From assembly GCA_965279035.1 (NCBI GenBank), contig OZ257142.1, forward strand, positions 3,648,001 through 3,712,000: a stretch of 64,000 bases of DNA, read 5' to 3'. This DNA is from Bacteroidia bacterium. GTDB taxonomy: Bacteria > Bacteroidota > Bacteroidia > M30B66. The notes under the pieces were generated by a model. It worked only from the letters and a program-made list of their open reading frames with translations. It searched no databases and was not told where the DNA came from. Of the stretch, positions 19,802-30,590 are shown one piece after another; the stretch's first letter is position 1, and each line of letters begins with the position of its first letter. The position numbers and the translations under genes were made by a program.

Positions 19802-21027
19802 AACTTTCCGCCAAACAATTTCAATTAAATTATTTGCTCTTGGTTTCAATATTCTTTGTTCCATTTGCTATTCGAATTTCCATTTTTGTTTTCCTGAGTT
19901 GGTTTCTTTTGATACCCTTCAACTCTGAAAAAGAAAATCCATTAAAATCAACTTTGAAAAACTGGCTTTGGATTAGTCTGTTTTTCATTGTTTGGCAGTG
20001 TATCGGTTTTATATACACTTCCAATATTGCAAATGGTCTTTTCAATTTGCAACAAAAGCTAGCCATGCTTATCGTTCCCTTGGGAATTGCATCCGTAAAA
20101 AAAGAATCCTTACCTCGTTTTTCAGAAATCACATGGTTTTTAACGGCTGGCCTTGCCGTATATACCTGCGTTCATCTTTTCAGCGCACTGCAAGTAGTCG
20201 CAGCTACTTCCGATCTGAATGCACTTAATTATACTCGACTTTCCCCCGATATTCATCCTACTTATGCATCTGCTTATCTCTGCTTGGGAGTATTGCTTTT
20301 GATTTTTCAATTACCTACATTAAAATTATGGAAAACTAAATTGCTTGCCAGTTCAGCCATTCTCTTATTCTGTTCTTTTTTATTCCTTCTTCAAAGTAAA
20401 GCTGGCATGCTTACTAGTTTGATTTGCTTTCTATTAGCAATAGCTTGGCTTATTAAACAAAAAGTTATGCGATTGCATGGTTTGTTGCTTATTCTACTGA
20501 TTGTTTGTAGTATCTGGATGACTCAACATTTTTTCTTATCCCGAAATTCAGAGCGATTAATTCAGGCGAAGGAAAACATATTTTCAAATAACACTCATAT
20601 AGCTGATAAAGCGGTTGAAGAAAGTAGTAATGTAAGAATACATGTTTGGCGAATTTCAGTTGAATTAGCAATTCATAGCTTTTTAGGAACAGGTGCTGGT
20701 GATGTTAATGATGATTTGAAAAAAGCATACAAGGAAAACGATCTCGACTTTGCTGTAAACAAGAGCCTAAATGCACACAACCAATACATCCAAATATGGC
20801 TTGGTGGTGGTTATATTGGGCTGATTCTCTTCTTATTGTGGTTAATAGTTCCGTCGATAATGGCATATCAAACGAAGAATATACTTGCTCTTTTATTAAT
20901 TCTCATGCTTGCACTTCATTTTTTAACCGAATCAATGTTTGAATCTCAATCCGGACTTAACTTTTTCCCTATGATGATTGTTTTGATTTTACTTGCACCC
21001 AACAAAATTCTCAAACAAAGAATCTAG
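19798..21027 (+). CDS. O-antigen ligase-family protein
   Basis: Multi-TM; 'HPTY', 'SKAG', 'R..VW', 'GTGAGD' and 'NAHNQY' WaaL-like motifs. Confidence 0.82.
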   Translation: MKLSAKQFQLNYLLLVSIFFVPFAIRISIFVFLSWFLLIPFNSEKENPLKSTLKNWLWISLFFIVWQCIGFIYTSNIANGLFNLQQKLAMLIVPLGIASVKKESLPRFSEITWFLTAGLAVYTCVHLFSALQVVAATSDLNALNYTRLSPDIHPTYASAYLCLGVLLLIFQLPTLKLWKTKLLASSAILLFCSFLFLLQSKAGMLTSLICFLLAIAWLIKQKVMRLHGLLLILLIVCSIWMTQHFFLSRNSERLIQAKENIFSNNTHIADKAVEESSNVRIHVWRISVELAIHSFLGTGAGDVNDDLKKAYKENDLDFAVNKSLNAHNQYIQIWLGGGYIGLILFLLWLIVPSIMAYQTKNILALLLILMLALHFLTESMFESQSGLNFFPMMIVLILLAPNKILKQRI

Positions 21028-21103
21028 ATTCAAGGCTCTTCCTTTAAAAATTACTCATTGTTCTCTTGTTTTGTTAAATGCATCAAGCACATACCTTTGC
21101 TCC

Positions 21104-22321
21104 ATGATTCCATTTTCTCCTCCTCATATCGACCAAGCCATTATTGATGAAGTAACTGCCGCATTAAAATCTGGTTGGATTACTACTGGGCCAAGAACAA
21201 AGCAGTTCGAGAAAGACCTAAGTGCTTACAATGGAAATCCCTATACGCTTTGTTTAAATTCAGCAACTGCTGGACTTGAAATTATGCTTCGTTGGTTTGG
21301 TGTTGGGCCAGGTGATGAAGTAATTGTTCCTGCTTACACGTATTCAGCTACAGCCAATGTGGTAATGCACACGGGTGCTCGTCCTGTTTTTTGTGATGTA
21401 AAAGCAGATGATTTCAATATTGATCCTAAAAAAATTGAAGCCTTAATCACCGAAAAAACAAAGGTTATAATGCCTGTTGACTTTGGTGGTTTGCCTTGCG
21501 ATTTTGATGAGATTAATAGCTTAGTAAATAAGAATGAAGTGAAATCACGCTTTATTGCGAATGGAGAAAATCAAGAAAAACTCGGTAGGATTCTCATTTT
21601 ATCAGATGCTGCTCATTCTATTGGTGCACGCTATAATGGAAAAATGACAGGGGTTTTAACCGATGTTTCTGTCTTCTCTTTTCATGCTGTAAAAAACCTC
21701 ACAACTGCCGAAGGTGGCGCCATTGCGTTGAATTTACCTGCACCTTTTGACAATAAAGCGATTTATGATGCTTTGTGCATCTCAACCTTGCATGGTCAAA
21801 ATAAAGATGCATTAGCTAAAATGCAGAAAGGCAATTGGAAATACGATATCATTGAAGCAGGTTACAAATGCAACATGACTGATATCATGGCAGCCATTGG
21901 TTTGGTTGAATTACTTCGCTATGAAACAGAAACACTTCCTCGCAGAAAGGAAATTTTTGATCGTTATCAAAAAGCATTAAGTTCATTTTCTTGGGCAGAA
22001 CTTGCACCTTACGAAACAGCTGAAAAAACATCCTCTTATCATCTTTTTCCACTTCGGATTCGTTCTATTTCGGAAACTCAACGGGATGCTATTATGCAAA
22101 AGATATTTGATCAAGATGTTTCAGTTAATGTGCATTTCATTCCCGTTCCAATGATGAGTTTTTATAAGGAATTAGGATATTCTATCAACAATTATCCTAT
22201 TACCTATAACAATTTCAGTCGGGAAATTTCTTTACCCGTTTTTATCGATTTAAGCAATTCACAAGTGGATGAAGTTTTGGCTGCTGTTATTTCTGCAGTT
22301 GAATCAACATTGAATGTTTGA
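21104..22321 (+). CDS. DegT/DnrJ/EryC1/StrS sugar aminotransferase
   Basis: 'SGWITTGP', 'DAAHS', and the PLP-lysine motif 'SFHAVKNLTTAEGG'; start moved to the ATG at 21104. Confidence 0.93.
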   Translation: MIPFSPPHIDQAIIDEVTAALKSGWITTGPRTKQFEKDLSAYNGNPYTLCLNSATAGLEIMLRWFGVGPGDEVIVPAYTYSATANVVMHTGARPVFCDVKADDFNIDPKKIEALITEKTKVIMPVDFGGLPCDFDEINSLVNKNEVKSRFIANGENQEKLGRILILSDAAHSIGARYNGKMTGVLTDVSVFSFHAVKNLTTAEGGAIALNLPAPFDNKAIYDALCISTLHGQNKDALAKMQKGNWKYDIIEAGYKCNMTDIMAAIGLVELLRYETETLPRRKEIFDRYQKALSSFSWAELAPYETAEKTSSYHLFPLRIRSISETQRDAIMQKIFDQDVSVNVHFIPVPMMSFYKELGYSINNYPITYNNFSREISLPVFIDLSNSQVDEVLAAVISAVESTLNV

Positions 22322-22922
22322 TAAAGATCTTATGATCAAACGACTTTTCGATTTCCTTCTATCATTGCTTGGAATACTACTTCTATCACCTTTTCTATTT
22401 TTTATTTGGTTGATAGTTGTTTTAGATTCTCCAGGTGGTGGATTTTATCGTCAGGTGCGTGTTGGTCGGTATGGGAAAGATTTCCGATTATGGAAGTTTC
22501 GAAGTATGCGCAATGATTCCGATAAAAAGGGATTGTTAACTGTTGGAGGTCGAGATCCAAGAATCACCCGTTCGGGATATTTTATTCGAAAATATAAGCT
22601 AGATGAATTACCCCAGCTTTTTAATGTATTTATGGGTGAGATGAGCTTGGTTGGACCAAGACCAGAAGTGCGACGCTATGTGGATTTATATTCTGACGAA
22701 CAGAAGAAAGTGCTTTCAATCCGCCCTGGAATTACCGATTATGCTAGCATTGAATATTCAAAAGAGAATGATTTATTAGCTAAATCGAAGGACCCGGAAA
22801 AAACATACATAGAGGAAATTATGCCTGCTAAACTGGAGTTAAATCATAAATACTTGCGTGAACAAGGGTTTATTACTGATATAAAAATCCTCTTGCAAAC
22901 TTTTTATAAAATAGTTTCTTAA
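22314..22922 (+). CDS. Initiating sugar (phosphoglycosyl) transferase
   Basis: 'KRLFD', 'KFRSM', 'DPRIT', 'LDELPQL.NV..G.MSLVGPRPE' and 'PGIT' motifs. Confidence 0.93.
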   Translation: MFDKDLMIKRLFDFLLSLLGILLLSPFLFFIWLIVVLDSPGGGFYRQVRVGRYGKDFRLWKFRSMRNDSDKKGLLTVGGRDPRITRSGYFIRKYKLDELPQLFNVFMGEMSLVGPRPEVRRYVDLYSDEQKKVLSIRPGITDYASIEYSKENDLLAKSKDPEKTYIEEIMPAKLELNHKYLREQGFITDIKILLQTFYKIVS

Positions 22923-22926
22923 AATC

Positions 22927-22965
22927 AAAAAAGCCCCGGATTTCTTAAGAAAACCGGGGCTTTTT
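22927..22965. terminator. Bidirectional intrinsic terminator
   Basis: AAAAAAGCCCCGG...CCGGGGCTTTTT between convergent genes. Confidence 0.88.
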
Positions 22966-22985
22966 AATTTATTTGAATCTCCTTT

Positions 22986-24074
22986 TTAACGGCGAGGTTG
23001 AGTCGCTATAAAGTCGTTCAATTCATCAACGCTCGAAGAGAAAGTGAATGCGCTATTGATTTGGTAGTAGTTACCTAAATCGTATGTGTGACCATATGCG
23101 AATTTAGCAAAGTCTAATCGAGAGTCTTCAAATGAGAACAATTGCATAATTTGACCAACTTGAGCTGAAGTCATACAATTACTAGCGAATGCTTGCTTAG
23201 CTACTTGTAGTTTATTGCTTTCGAAGCTTTGTCCATTAATAGTTGAAACAGCACCACTGAAAGCATTTTGATCCATCGGCCAAGGACAACCAATTGGTCC
23301 GTTATAACCAGGCATAACATATTGTTGTTGTTGAACTACTACTGGTTGTGGAGTACCATAAGTGGTAGTAGTTGTAGTTTGTTGAACTGTTCCACCTGAA
23401 GTTACTACTGTTCCACCAACAGGTACACCAACACTCATATTAAAATTAACTCCCATATCAGGATCATTCACACTCATGTTAACACCACCAACGGGCGCTA
23501 CAACGGTTGTTTGAGTGGGAGTTCCAGTTGATCGAACTGTTGTTGTTGTTGTTTGTTGAACCGTTCCTGTTGGAGCTTGATTATAAACAGGAGGTTGAGT
23601 AACGATAACTTGTTGTTGTGGTGCAGGTGGATATTGTGAAACAGGAACTGCTAAAGGGGTTTGAGAAACGAAACGCATTACATAGGTTTCTTTAGCATCA
23701 GTGTCTTTCACATCGGAAGAATCTTTCATATTCAAGTCTCGAGCGACTTGATTCCCCATTCCTTTGACTGTTTTTCCAACAGCTGTAGTTTTTTTAGGAC
23801 GGATGTTAAAGTTGTATTCTAAATAGGGGTCTAAAGGAATTGTTTTAGTTACCACGCCTAGTGTAGGATCTTCGAAGATCGCTTTTACTTTATAAACGGC
23901 TGGCATAAGATCATTTACACGGACATTTGTTTGTGGGGTTTCATTGTAACGAAGTCCGTTCATTACGATGGTAAATTTTTCACCATTCTCTGCAAAGAAA
24001 ACGAGATTGGATTTCTGAGCATTCGCATTCATTGCAAAGCTGCTCAGGAGTAGGAATAGGAACGAGTATTTCAT
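22986..24074 (-). CDS. DUF4476-domain exported protein
   Basis: Signal peptide, T/Q/P/V-rich linker, C-terminal 'MPGYNGPIGC..PM...F...FE..KL..AKQ...FSFEDSRLDFAKFAY' domain. Confidence 0.78.
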   Translation of the reverse strand: MKYSFLFLLLSSFAMNANAQKSNLVFFAENGEKFTIVMNGLRYNETPQTNVRVNDLMPAVYKVKAIFEDPTLGVVTKTIPLDPYLEYNFNIRPKKTTAVGKTVKGMGNQVARDLNMKDSSDVKDTDAKETYVMRFVSQTPLAVPVSQYPPAPQQQVIVTQPPVYNQAPTGTVQQTTTTTVRSTGTPTQTTVVAPVGGVNMSVNDPDMGVNFNMSVGVPVGGTVVTSGGTVQQTTTTTTYGTPQPVVVQQQQYVMPGYNGPIGCPWPMDQNAFSGAVSTINGQSFESNKLQVAKQAFASNCMTSAQVGQIMQLFSFEDSRLDFAKFAYGHTYDLGNYYQINSAFTFSSSVDELNDFIATQPRR

Positions 24075-24172
24075 AGGATTTTTTTTGGACGCGCCGGCTT
24101 TTCAAACCGTATGCCAAAGATAAATGAATGGTTTTATAAAAAGAAAATGGAATTGATATGTATTCAACACTA

Positions 24173-25210
24173 TTACCAAGTCCAATTCCATTGATCTAAT
24201 TGCTCAATACTGCATTTTAGCAATTGAATAGAAGAAAGTACATCGTCTTTATGTACCATTTCAATTACTTGATGAATATGACGAGTAGGAATGCTCACTG
24301 CTCCTGCAATAGCACCACCCGCGGTCATTCGTTGAATCCCACTTGTATCCGTTCCGCCACCTGTTAGGATTTCGGGTTGCCACTTAATGGTATTACGATC
24401 AGCTACTTCTTTCATATAACTAACCATTCTTGGGTCACAAATAACCGAAGCATCCATCACCTTAATTCCTGCACCAGCGCCTAATTTGGTAATCTGCTCG
24501 TGCTCTTTTGATCCGGGAACATCGTAAGCAATGGTTGTATCTAATCCAAACCCAAAATCAGGTTGAATTTTTAGTGTAGCTGTTTGTGCTCCACGAATTC
24601 CAACTTCCTCTTGAACAGTAAAAACTGCATAGAGATCAAATGGTATATCCTTGAGTTGTTTGAGCGTTTCAATTAAAATAAAAACAGAGATCCGATTATC
24701 TAAACTTTTGCAATTAAAGCATTCGCCCATGCGTATAAATTCACGCTCACGTGTAATCGTATTTCCAATACTGACACGTTTTTTAACTTCTTCTGGTGTT
24801 AAACCAGTATCAATAAAAAAATCAGAAATCTTTACCGATTTATCACGCTCTTCAGGTGACATTAGATGAATCGGTTTCGAACCTATCACACCAATCACAT
24901 CTTCAGAACCGTGAATAATTACACGTTGTGCAGTTAATGTTTTGGGATCAAATCCTCCAAGAGTGGTAAAACGGACAAATCCTTTATCATCAATGTGAGT
25001 TACCATGAATCCGATCTCATCCATATGAGCCCCAACCATGACTTTTTTAGGAGAACGACCTTTTCTGAAAACGGTCACATTTCCCATATTATCAACGCTC
25101 ACCTCATCGCCCATAGGACTTACTTCGCGAAGAACTAATGCGCGTATACGTTGCTCATAACCGGGAGCGCCGGGAGTTTCACAAATCTCTTTTAGAAGGT
25201 CGATATTCAT
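24173..25210 (-). CDS. M42 family aminopeptidase
   Basis: AHMDEIG, LDNR, TVQEEVG, GGTD and SIPTRHIH motifs; start moved to the ATG at 25210. Confidence 0.92.
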   Translation of the reverse strand: MNIDLLKEICETPGAPGYEQRIRALVLREVSPMGDEVSVDNMGNVTVFRKGRSPKKVMVGAHMDEIGFMVTHIDDKGFVRFTTLGGFDPKTLTAQRVIIHGSEDVIGVIGSKPIHLMSPEERDKSVKISDFFIDTGLTPEEVKKRVSIGNTITREREFIRMGECFNCKSLDNRISVFILIETLKQLKDIPFDLYAVFTVQEEVGIRGAQTATLKIQPDFGFGLDTTIAYDVPGSKEHEQITKLGAGAGIKVMDASVICDPRMVSYMKEVADRNTIKWQPEILTGGGTDTSGIQRMTAGGAIAGAVSIPTRHIHQVIEMVHKDDVLSSIQLLKCSIEQLDQWNWTW

Positions 25211-25232
25211 ACTACAAAAGAAACCAAAATCT

Positions 25233-26663
25233 TCATTCAACAAAACTGATTTTCAGCATATTCGATTTGCCGAATTCATGCATTGGAATGCTTGCCACAT
25301 TGATGATTAGCTCATCTTGCTTGATAAAGCCATCTTTTTTCAAGATGTTCTTGATATCGGAAATCGTATGGTCGGTACTCACCATTTTGTCGTAAAAGAA
25401 ACCACGAACACCCCAAACGAGGCTGAGTGTGTTTAATAGAGCACGATTTCCAGTGAAAATATAAATGCTCGCTTTGGGACGATAACTAGAAATTCGGAAA
25501 GCAGTGTATCCTGAATGCGTCATAGCGATAATTGCTGAAGTACCAGTTTGTTCAGCCATTGTAACAGCATTGTAGCAAATCGCATCGGTAATCATGCGTG
25601 ATTTATGTGAGCTTTCTTTATGGTCCTTATGATAGATTCCTTCAAAGCCTTCTACCCGAGCCAAAATTTTCTGTACGGTTTCGATTACACGAACAGGATG
25701 AGCTCCAACAGATGTTTCTCCGCTCAACATAACAGCATCTGCTCCATCCATAACGGAATTAGCCACATCACCAACTTCGGCACGTGTTGCGTTGTAATTG
25801 GTAATCATCGATTCCATCATCTGAGTAGCGATGATAATTGGTTTGGATGCTTCTAAGCATTTTTTCACCAACATTTTTTGAATAAGAGGCACATTTTCCA
25901 TGGGAATTTCAACTCCCAAATCACCACGTGCAACCATGATTGCATCAGTATTGGCAATAATTCCATCAATTTCATCAATGGCTTCAGGCTTTTCAATCTT
26001 AGCAACTACGCGTGAATTTTTATTCGCCTTTTGAATCAAGCCTTTCAACTCTAAAATATCAGAAGCTCTTCGAACGAATGATAATCCAATCCATTCCACA
26101 TCATGCTCTAATGCAAAATTCAAATCCTGTATGTCCTTCTTCGTTAAACAAGGCAATGATATCTTAGTATTGGGAAGATTCACTCCTTTTTTAGATGAGA
26201 GAATTCCTCCGTGAATAACAGTTGCAACAACTTCATCTTCTCGATTGGTGTCTTTAACTTCTAATACAATCTTACCATCGTCGATAAGAATTATCTCTCC
26301 CGTTTGAACATCTTGTGGAAATTGAGGATACGTGATATACACTCGTTCTGCAGTTCCTATTGCTTTTTGAGTGGTGATAACCAAATTTTGTCCGGCAACT
26401 AAGAGCACTCCGTTATTTTCCACATCTCCGATGCGAAGTTTCGGACCTTGTAAATCGGCTAATATGGCTGTATGAAAACCATTTTCTTCGTTGATTTCTC
26501 GAATGTAGCCCAACACTTTCGCATGATCTTCATAGGCGCCATGACTAAAATTTATTCGACATACATCTACTCCAGCACTAATCAGTTTTTCTAAAACTTC
26601 TTTGGTTGATGTTGCTGGTCCAAGTGTAGCAATGACCTTGGTTTTACTTTGAACTTTGCTCAT
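25233..26663 (-). CDS. pyk: Pyruvate kinase
   Basis: TKVIATLGP, RINFSHG, DLQGPK, AKIEK, MVARGDLG, ATQMMESM and MLSGET motifs. Confidence 0.98.
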   Translation of the reverse strand: MSKVQSKTKVIATLGPATSTKEVLEKLISAGVDVCRINFSHGAYEDHAKVLGYIREINEENGFHTAILADLQGPKLRIGDVENNGVLLVAGQNLVITTQKAIGTAERVYITYPQFPQDVQTGEIILIDDGKIVLEVKDTNREDEVVATVIHGGILSSKKGVNLPNTKISLPCLTKKDIQDLNFALEHDVEWIGLSFVRRASDILELKGLIQKANKNSRVVAKIEKPEAIDEIDGIIANTDAIMVARGDLGVEIPMENVPLIQKMLVKKCLEASKPIIIATQMMESMITNYNATRAEVGDVANSVMDGADAVMLSGETSVGAHPVRVIETVQKILARVEGFEGIYHKDHKESSHKSRMITDAICYNAVTMAEQTGTSAIIAMTHSGYTAFRISSYRPKASIYIFTGNRALLNTLSLVWGVRGFFYDKMVSTDHTISDIKNILKKDGFIKQDELIINVASIPMHEFGKSNMLKISFVE

Positions 26664-26665
26664 GG

Positions 26666-27088
26666 TTAGAGTAATATGTTTTCGATGTTTTTTACTTCTT
26701 GAGGTTGTATCACATAGGCTGTGAGTACACAGCCAATTTCCTTTATCCTATTCACAATTTCGATTGGGTCGATCAATTCCTGTTCGCCAACAATGCGCAA
26801 TAGGAAATCAGTTTGTTTTTGATCTGAGAGTAAATTGCTTGCTGGGTTCCGATTGGAAATTAAATACCAGCTTAAATCAGATTCGGTATCAATGTATTCG
26901 AAACAAGAAAAACTGATCATGTTTCCTTGCTTGGGCAATAAAATTTCAATATCCCGAATGCGCTCAAAATCGAGCTGTAGCGCTTGATTTAGAAAATAAC
27001 AAAGTTTGAAATCCTCTTCTTGACTGCAAATCCCAATGAGTGAGAAATCGTAGTCAACATAATTATTGAGGGTGAACTTCTTTTTCAT
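26666..27088 (-). CDS. IPExxxVDY-family protein
   Basis: 'FSLIGI....D.KLCY.LN..L' N-terminus; conserved Bacteroidota position between rnc and pyk; start uncertain (27088 vs 27112). Confidence 0.72.
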   Translation of the reverse strand: MKKKFTLNNYVDYDFSLIGICSQEEDFKLCYFLNQALQLDFERIRDIEILLPKQGNMISFSCFEYIDTESDLSWYLISNRNPASNLLSDQKQTDFLLRIVGEQELIDPIEIVNRIKEIGCVLTAYVIQPQEVKNIENILL

Positions 27089-27127
27089 GATCCGCATGCG
27101 AAGATACGTCACATTGTTGAAAAAACA

Positions 27128-27850
27128 CTAAGCTGATTCAATCTCATTGACCATCAGCAAACAAGCATTTTCAGAAGCCGCTTGTTCTGCCGTTTTCTTC
27201 GAAAATCCGACACCTTCTCCTTTGGCTTCATTGTCGATCAGAACGGTTACGTAATAAAGTTTCTGACGATCGTTTCCAGTTTCTTCGCGAGCATCAAAAT
27301 AAATACTCTTCCGGTTTCGTTGAGCCCAATTGATGAGTTTGGATTTAAAGTTCAAATCCTGGCTTTCGAGTTCATCCATATCGACATGAAAGCGGATGAT
27401 ACGTTCGAGGATGATTTTCTCAGTAAAAGCGAAGCCTTTGTCTAAGTATATAGCACCAATGAGCGCTTCGAAGGTATCGCCACAGATGGACTTGTAAAGA
27501 CGATTGGAATCATCGTACTGAATCAGTTTATCAATTCCAATCTTCAGAGCCAGCTTATTTAGGTATATACGGCTTACCATACGGGAGCGTAATTCGGTAA
27601 GGAAACCTTCGTCCTTGAAAGGGAATTTGCGAAAAAGGTAATTGGCAATGACGGCACCTAAAACGGCATCGCCTAAGAACTCCAGACGTTCGTTGGAATC
27701 TTTCACGCCAGCACGTATTTCGCGTGCTACAGAACGGTGTCGGAAAGCTTGTTCGTAAAGTCGAATGTTTCCAGGCCAAAATCCAAGTAGGTTTCGGATG
27801 GAACGATAAAGCGCACGTTGCTTTGAAAATTGTGCGGAAAGAAAACTCAC
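27128..27850 (-). CDS. rnc: Ribonuclease III
   Basis: NERLEFLGDAVL signature, 'FEALIGAIYLD', C-terminal dsRBD (SKKTAEQ.A). Confidence 0.97.
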   Translation of the reverse strand: MSFLSAQFSKQRALYRSIRNLLGFWPGNIRLYEQAFRHRSVAREIRAGVKDSNERLEFLGDAVLGAVIANYLFRKFPFKDEGFLTELRSRMVSRIYLNKLALKIGIDKLIQYDDSNRLYKSICGDTFEALIGAIYLDKGFAFTEKIILERIIRFHVDMDELESQDLNFKSKLINWAQRNRKSIYFDAREETGNDRQKLYYVTVLIDNEAKGEGVGFSKKTAEQAASENACLLMVNEIESA

Positions 27851-27853
27851 ACG

Positions 27854-29107
27854 TTAAGCAGGATATTTCCGGAAAATAACGGAGGCATTGTGTCCACCGA
27901 AACCAAACGTATTACTCAATGCTGCACGAACAGTACGTTTCTGTGCTTTATTGAATGTAAAATTCAGTTTAGAATCCAATTCAGGATCAAGATTTTCCTG
28001 ATTGATAGTGGGAGGAACAATGTCGTTTTTAACTGCAAGTAAAGAGGCCATTGCTTCCAAAGCTCCGGCAGCACCTAATAAGTGACCGGTCATTGATTTT
28101 GTAGAACTGATGTTCATGGTGTAAGCATGCTCTCCAAAAACTCCAAGAATGGCTTTTGTTTCAGCAATATCACCTAATGGAGTAGAAGTTCCATGAACAT
28201 TGATATAATCGAGGTCTTCTGGTTGCATTCCAGCATCGTTCAGAGCTGATTTCATCACATTGAGAGCACCCAATCCTTCGGGATGAGGAGCAGTAATATG
28301 ATGAGCATCTGCAGAAGCTCCACCACCAACAATTTCGGCGTAAATTTTAGCACCTCGTTTTAAAGCATGCTCCAATTCTTCCAAAACTAAAGCACAGCCA
28401 CCTTCTCCCATGACAAATCCATCGCGGGATGCATCAAAAGGACGTGAAGCTGTTTTAGGTGATTCATTTCGTTCCGAAAGTGCATGCATGGCATTGAAAC
28501 CACCCATTGCCGGCTCATTTACAGCTGCTTCGGAACCACCAGTCATCATAATATCGGCTTTGCCCATACGAATGTAAAACATCGAATCGATGATTGCATT
28601 TGTGGAGGAAGCACAAGCAGATACAGTGGTGAAATTTGGACCTCTAAATCCGAATCGCATGGAAATGTGTCCAGAGGCAATGTCGGCAATCATTTTAGGG
28701 ATGAAAAAGGGATTGAAGCGAGGAGTTCCATCGCCTTGAGCAAAATTGGAAACTTCTTTAAAGAAGGTTTCTAATCCGCCAATTCCCGATCCCCAAATGA
28801 CACCTGAACGATCCGGATCAAAATTGTCTGGATTCAATCCAGCGTCTTTGTATGCCTCGTCAGCAGCAACAAGTGCATACTGAGCAAATAGATCAAGTCG
28901 TCCAACAGCTTTCCTATCAATCACAGCACTTGGATCGAAGTTTTTTATCTCACAAGCAAAGCGAGTTTTAAACTTCGAAGCATCAAAATGGGTGATTAAA
29001 TCTGCACCACTAACACCATTAATCAATGCCGTCCAGGTATCCTGAACATTATTGCCAAGTGGTGTAACAGCACCAAGACCAGTAACAACGACTCTTCTCA
29101 AAGGCAA
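27854..29107 (-). CDS. fabF: 3-oxoacyl-ACP synthase II
   Basis: RRVVVTGLG, SACAS, HGTST, KSMTGHLLG and NTFGFGGHN motifs. Confidence 0.97.
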   Translation of the reverse strand: MPLRRVVVTGLGAVTPLGNNVQDTWTALINGVSGADLITHFDASKFKTRFACEIKNFDPSAVIDRKAVGRLDLFAQYALVAADEAYKDAGLNPDNFDPDRSGVIWGSGIGGLETFFKEVSNFAQGDGTPRFNPFFIPKMIADIASGHISMRFGFRGPNFTTVSACASSTNAIIDSMFYIRMGKADIMMTGGSEAAVNEPAMGGFNAMHALSERNESPKTASRPFDASRDGFVMGEGGCALVLEELEHALKRGAKIYAEIVGGGASADAHHITAPHPEGLGALNVMKSALNDAGMQPEDLDYINVHGTSTPLGDIAETKAILGVFGEHAYTMNISSTKSMTGHLLGAAGALEAMASLLAVKNDIVPPTINQENLDPELDSKLNFTFNKAQKRTVRAALSNTFGFGGHNASVIFRKYPA

Positions 29108-29124
29108 AAGTTGAAAGGGGTAGC

Positions 29125-29361
29125 TTACTTCGAGTTCTTCTCGATGTAGGTAATTGCATCTCCAACAGTACCGATATTCTCAGCCTGATCGTCAGGGATG
29201 GCAATATTGAATTCTTTTTCAAATTCCATGATCAATTCAACAGTATCGAGTGAATCGGCACCTAGATCATTGGTGAAGGAAGCCTCAAGGGTAACTTCAC
29301 TTTCGTCTACTCCAAGCTTATCAACGATAATAGCTTTAACGCGGGCAGAGATGTCTGACAT
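29125..29361 (-). CDS. acpP: Acyl carrier protein
   Basis: [14 protein letters not shown] phosphopantetheine site; start moved to the ATG at 29361. Confidence 0.97.
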   Translation of the reverse strand: MSDISARVKAIIVDKLGVDESEVTLEASFTNDLGADSLDTVELIMEFEKEFNIAIPDDQAENIGTVGDAITYIEKNSK

Positions 29362-29539
29362 TTTGGTTGTATTATGTAAAATTCGCTGCAAAGAAAGAGT
29401 TTACTAAAATACTATCAAAATCTTTTTTCAAACAAGTGCAGGATGTTGACTCCTGTTGAGAATTGACGAAGTAAACTGTCTCATTAGGTGCTTATTTTTG
29501 GTAAGAATGGGCTATTTTCGCCGCTCAATTTCGGTGTAA

Positions 29540-30103
29540 ATGGCGAATGTGATCATCTTCGGTTCGGGAAAAGGGAGTAATGCGCGTCGACTGATTAGTT
29601 ACTTTAATGGAAATCCCCATATCAAGATCACTGCTTTGGTGAGTGATAAGCCACGTAGGGGTTTTTTGGATATTTCGTATGATCATCGCATCAATCTCGA
29701 AATTATCAAAGGACCTGAATTGGCTGATGCTAAATGGATCAACCACCTCAAGCTGATGTATCGTCCTGATTTAATCGTATTAGCTGGTTATATGCGTTTG
29801 ATTCCAGTCGAATTCATTCAAGCATTTCCCAATAAAATTATCAACCTCCACCCTGCCCTATTGCCCGAATTTGGCGGAAAAGGAATGTATGGACATCATG
29901 TTCATGAAGCAGTGATTGCAGCCGGCAGAACCGAAACGGGTATTAGTATTCATCAGGTGAATGAACGATACGATGAGGGAGAAATCCTCTTTCAAGCCAA
30001 ATGCCCTGTATTTCCAGATGATACAGTTGAAACTCTCTCAGAGCGCATTCATCAACTCGAACATGAGCACTTACCTCAACTTGTTGAAAAGTTATTGAGC
30101 TAA
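29540..30103 (+). CDS. purN: Phosphoribosylglycinamide formyltransferase
   Basis: SGKGSN, LAGYMR, INLHPALLP.FGG.G and YDEG motifs. Confidence 0.95.
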   Translation: MANVIIFGSGKGSNARRLISYFNGNPHIKITALVSDKPRRGFLDISYDHRINLEIIKGPELADAKWINHLKLMYRPDLIVLAGYMRLIPVEFIQAFPNKIINLHPALLPEFGGKGMYGHHVHEAVIAAGRTETGISIHQVNERYDEGEILFQAKCPVFPDDTVETLSERIHQLEHEHLPQLVEKLLS

Positions 30104-30128
30104 TCAACCTTAACGTAATTCATCCACC

Positions 30129-30590
30129 ATGCATATTGAACTTTATACCGATGGATCATCGCGTGGAAATCCGGGACCGGGAGGATATGGATTGATCTTG
30201 CGAGCTGGTCCACATTACAAGGAATTGAGTCAAGGATTTCGGCTTACGACGAATAATCGAATGGAGTTGATGAGTGTGATTGTTGGGTTGGAATCATTGA
30301 AAAATCCGGGTTCTCAGGTGATTGTATTTTCGGATTCGAAGTATGTAATCGATTCAATTACCAAAGGTTGGGTGTTTGGTTGGGTGAAAAAAGGCTTTGC
30401 AGGCAAGAAAAATAAAGACCTGTGGATGCGATTTTTAAAAATCTATCCCAAGCATCAAGTGAAATTCCAATGGGTAAAAGGTCACAATGATCACCCACAA
30501 AATGAACGCTGTGACGAGCTAGCTGTTGCAGCTGCTACAGGCGGAAATTTGCAGATAGACCTTGGATATGAATCGGGAGAAGCGGGTTAA
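30129..30590 (+). CDS. rnhA: Ribonuclease HI
   Basis: YTDGS, GNPGPGG, TTNNRMEL, SDSKY, WVKGH and NERCD motifs. Confidence 0.97.
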   Translation: MHIELYTDGSSRGNPGPGGYGLILRAGPHYKELSQGFRLTTNNRMELMSVIVGLESLKNPGSQVIVFSDSKYVIDSITKGWVFGWVKKGFAGKKNKDLWMRFLKIYPKHQVKFQWVKGHNDHPQNERCDELAVAAATGGNLQIDLGYESGEAG

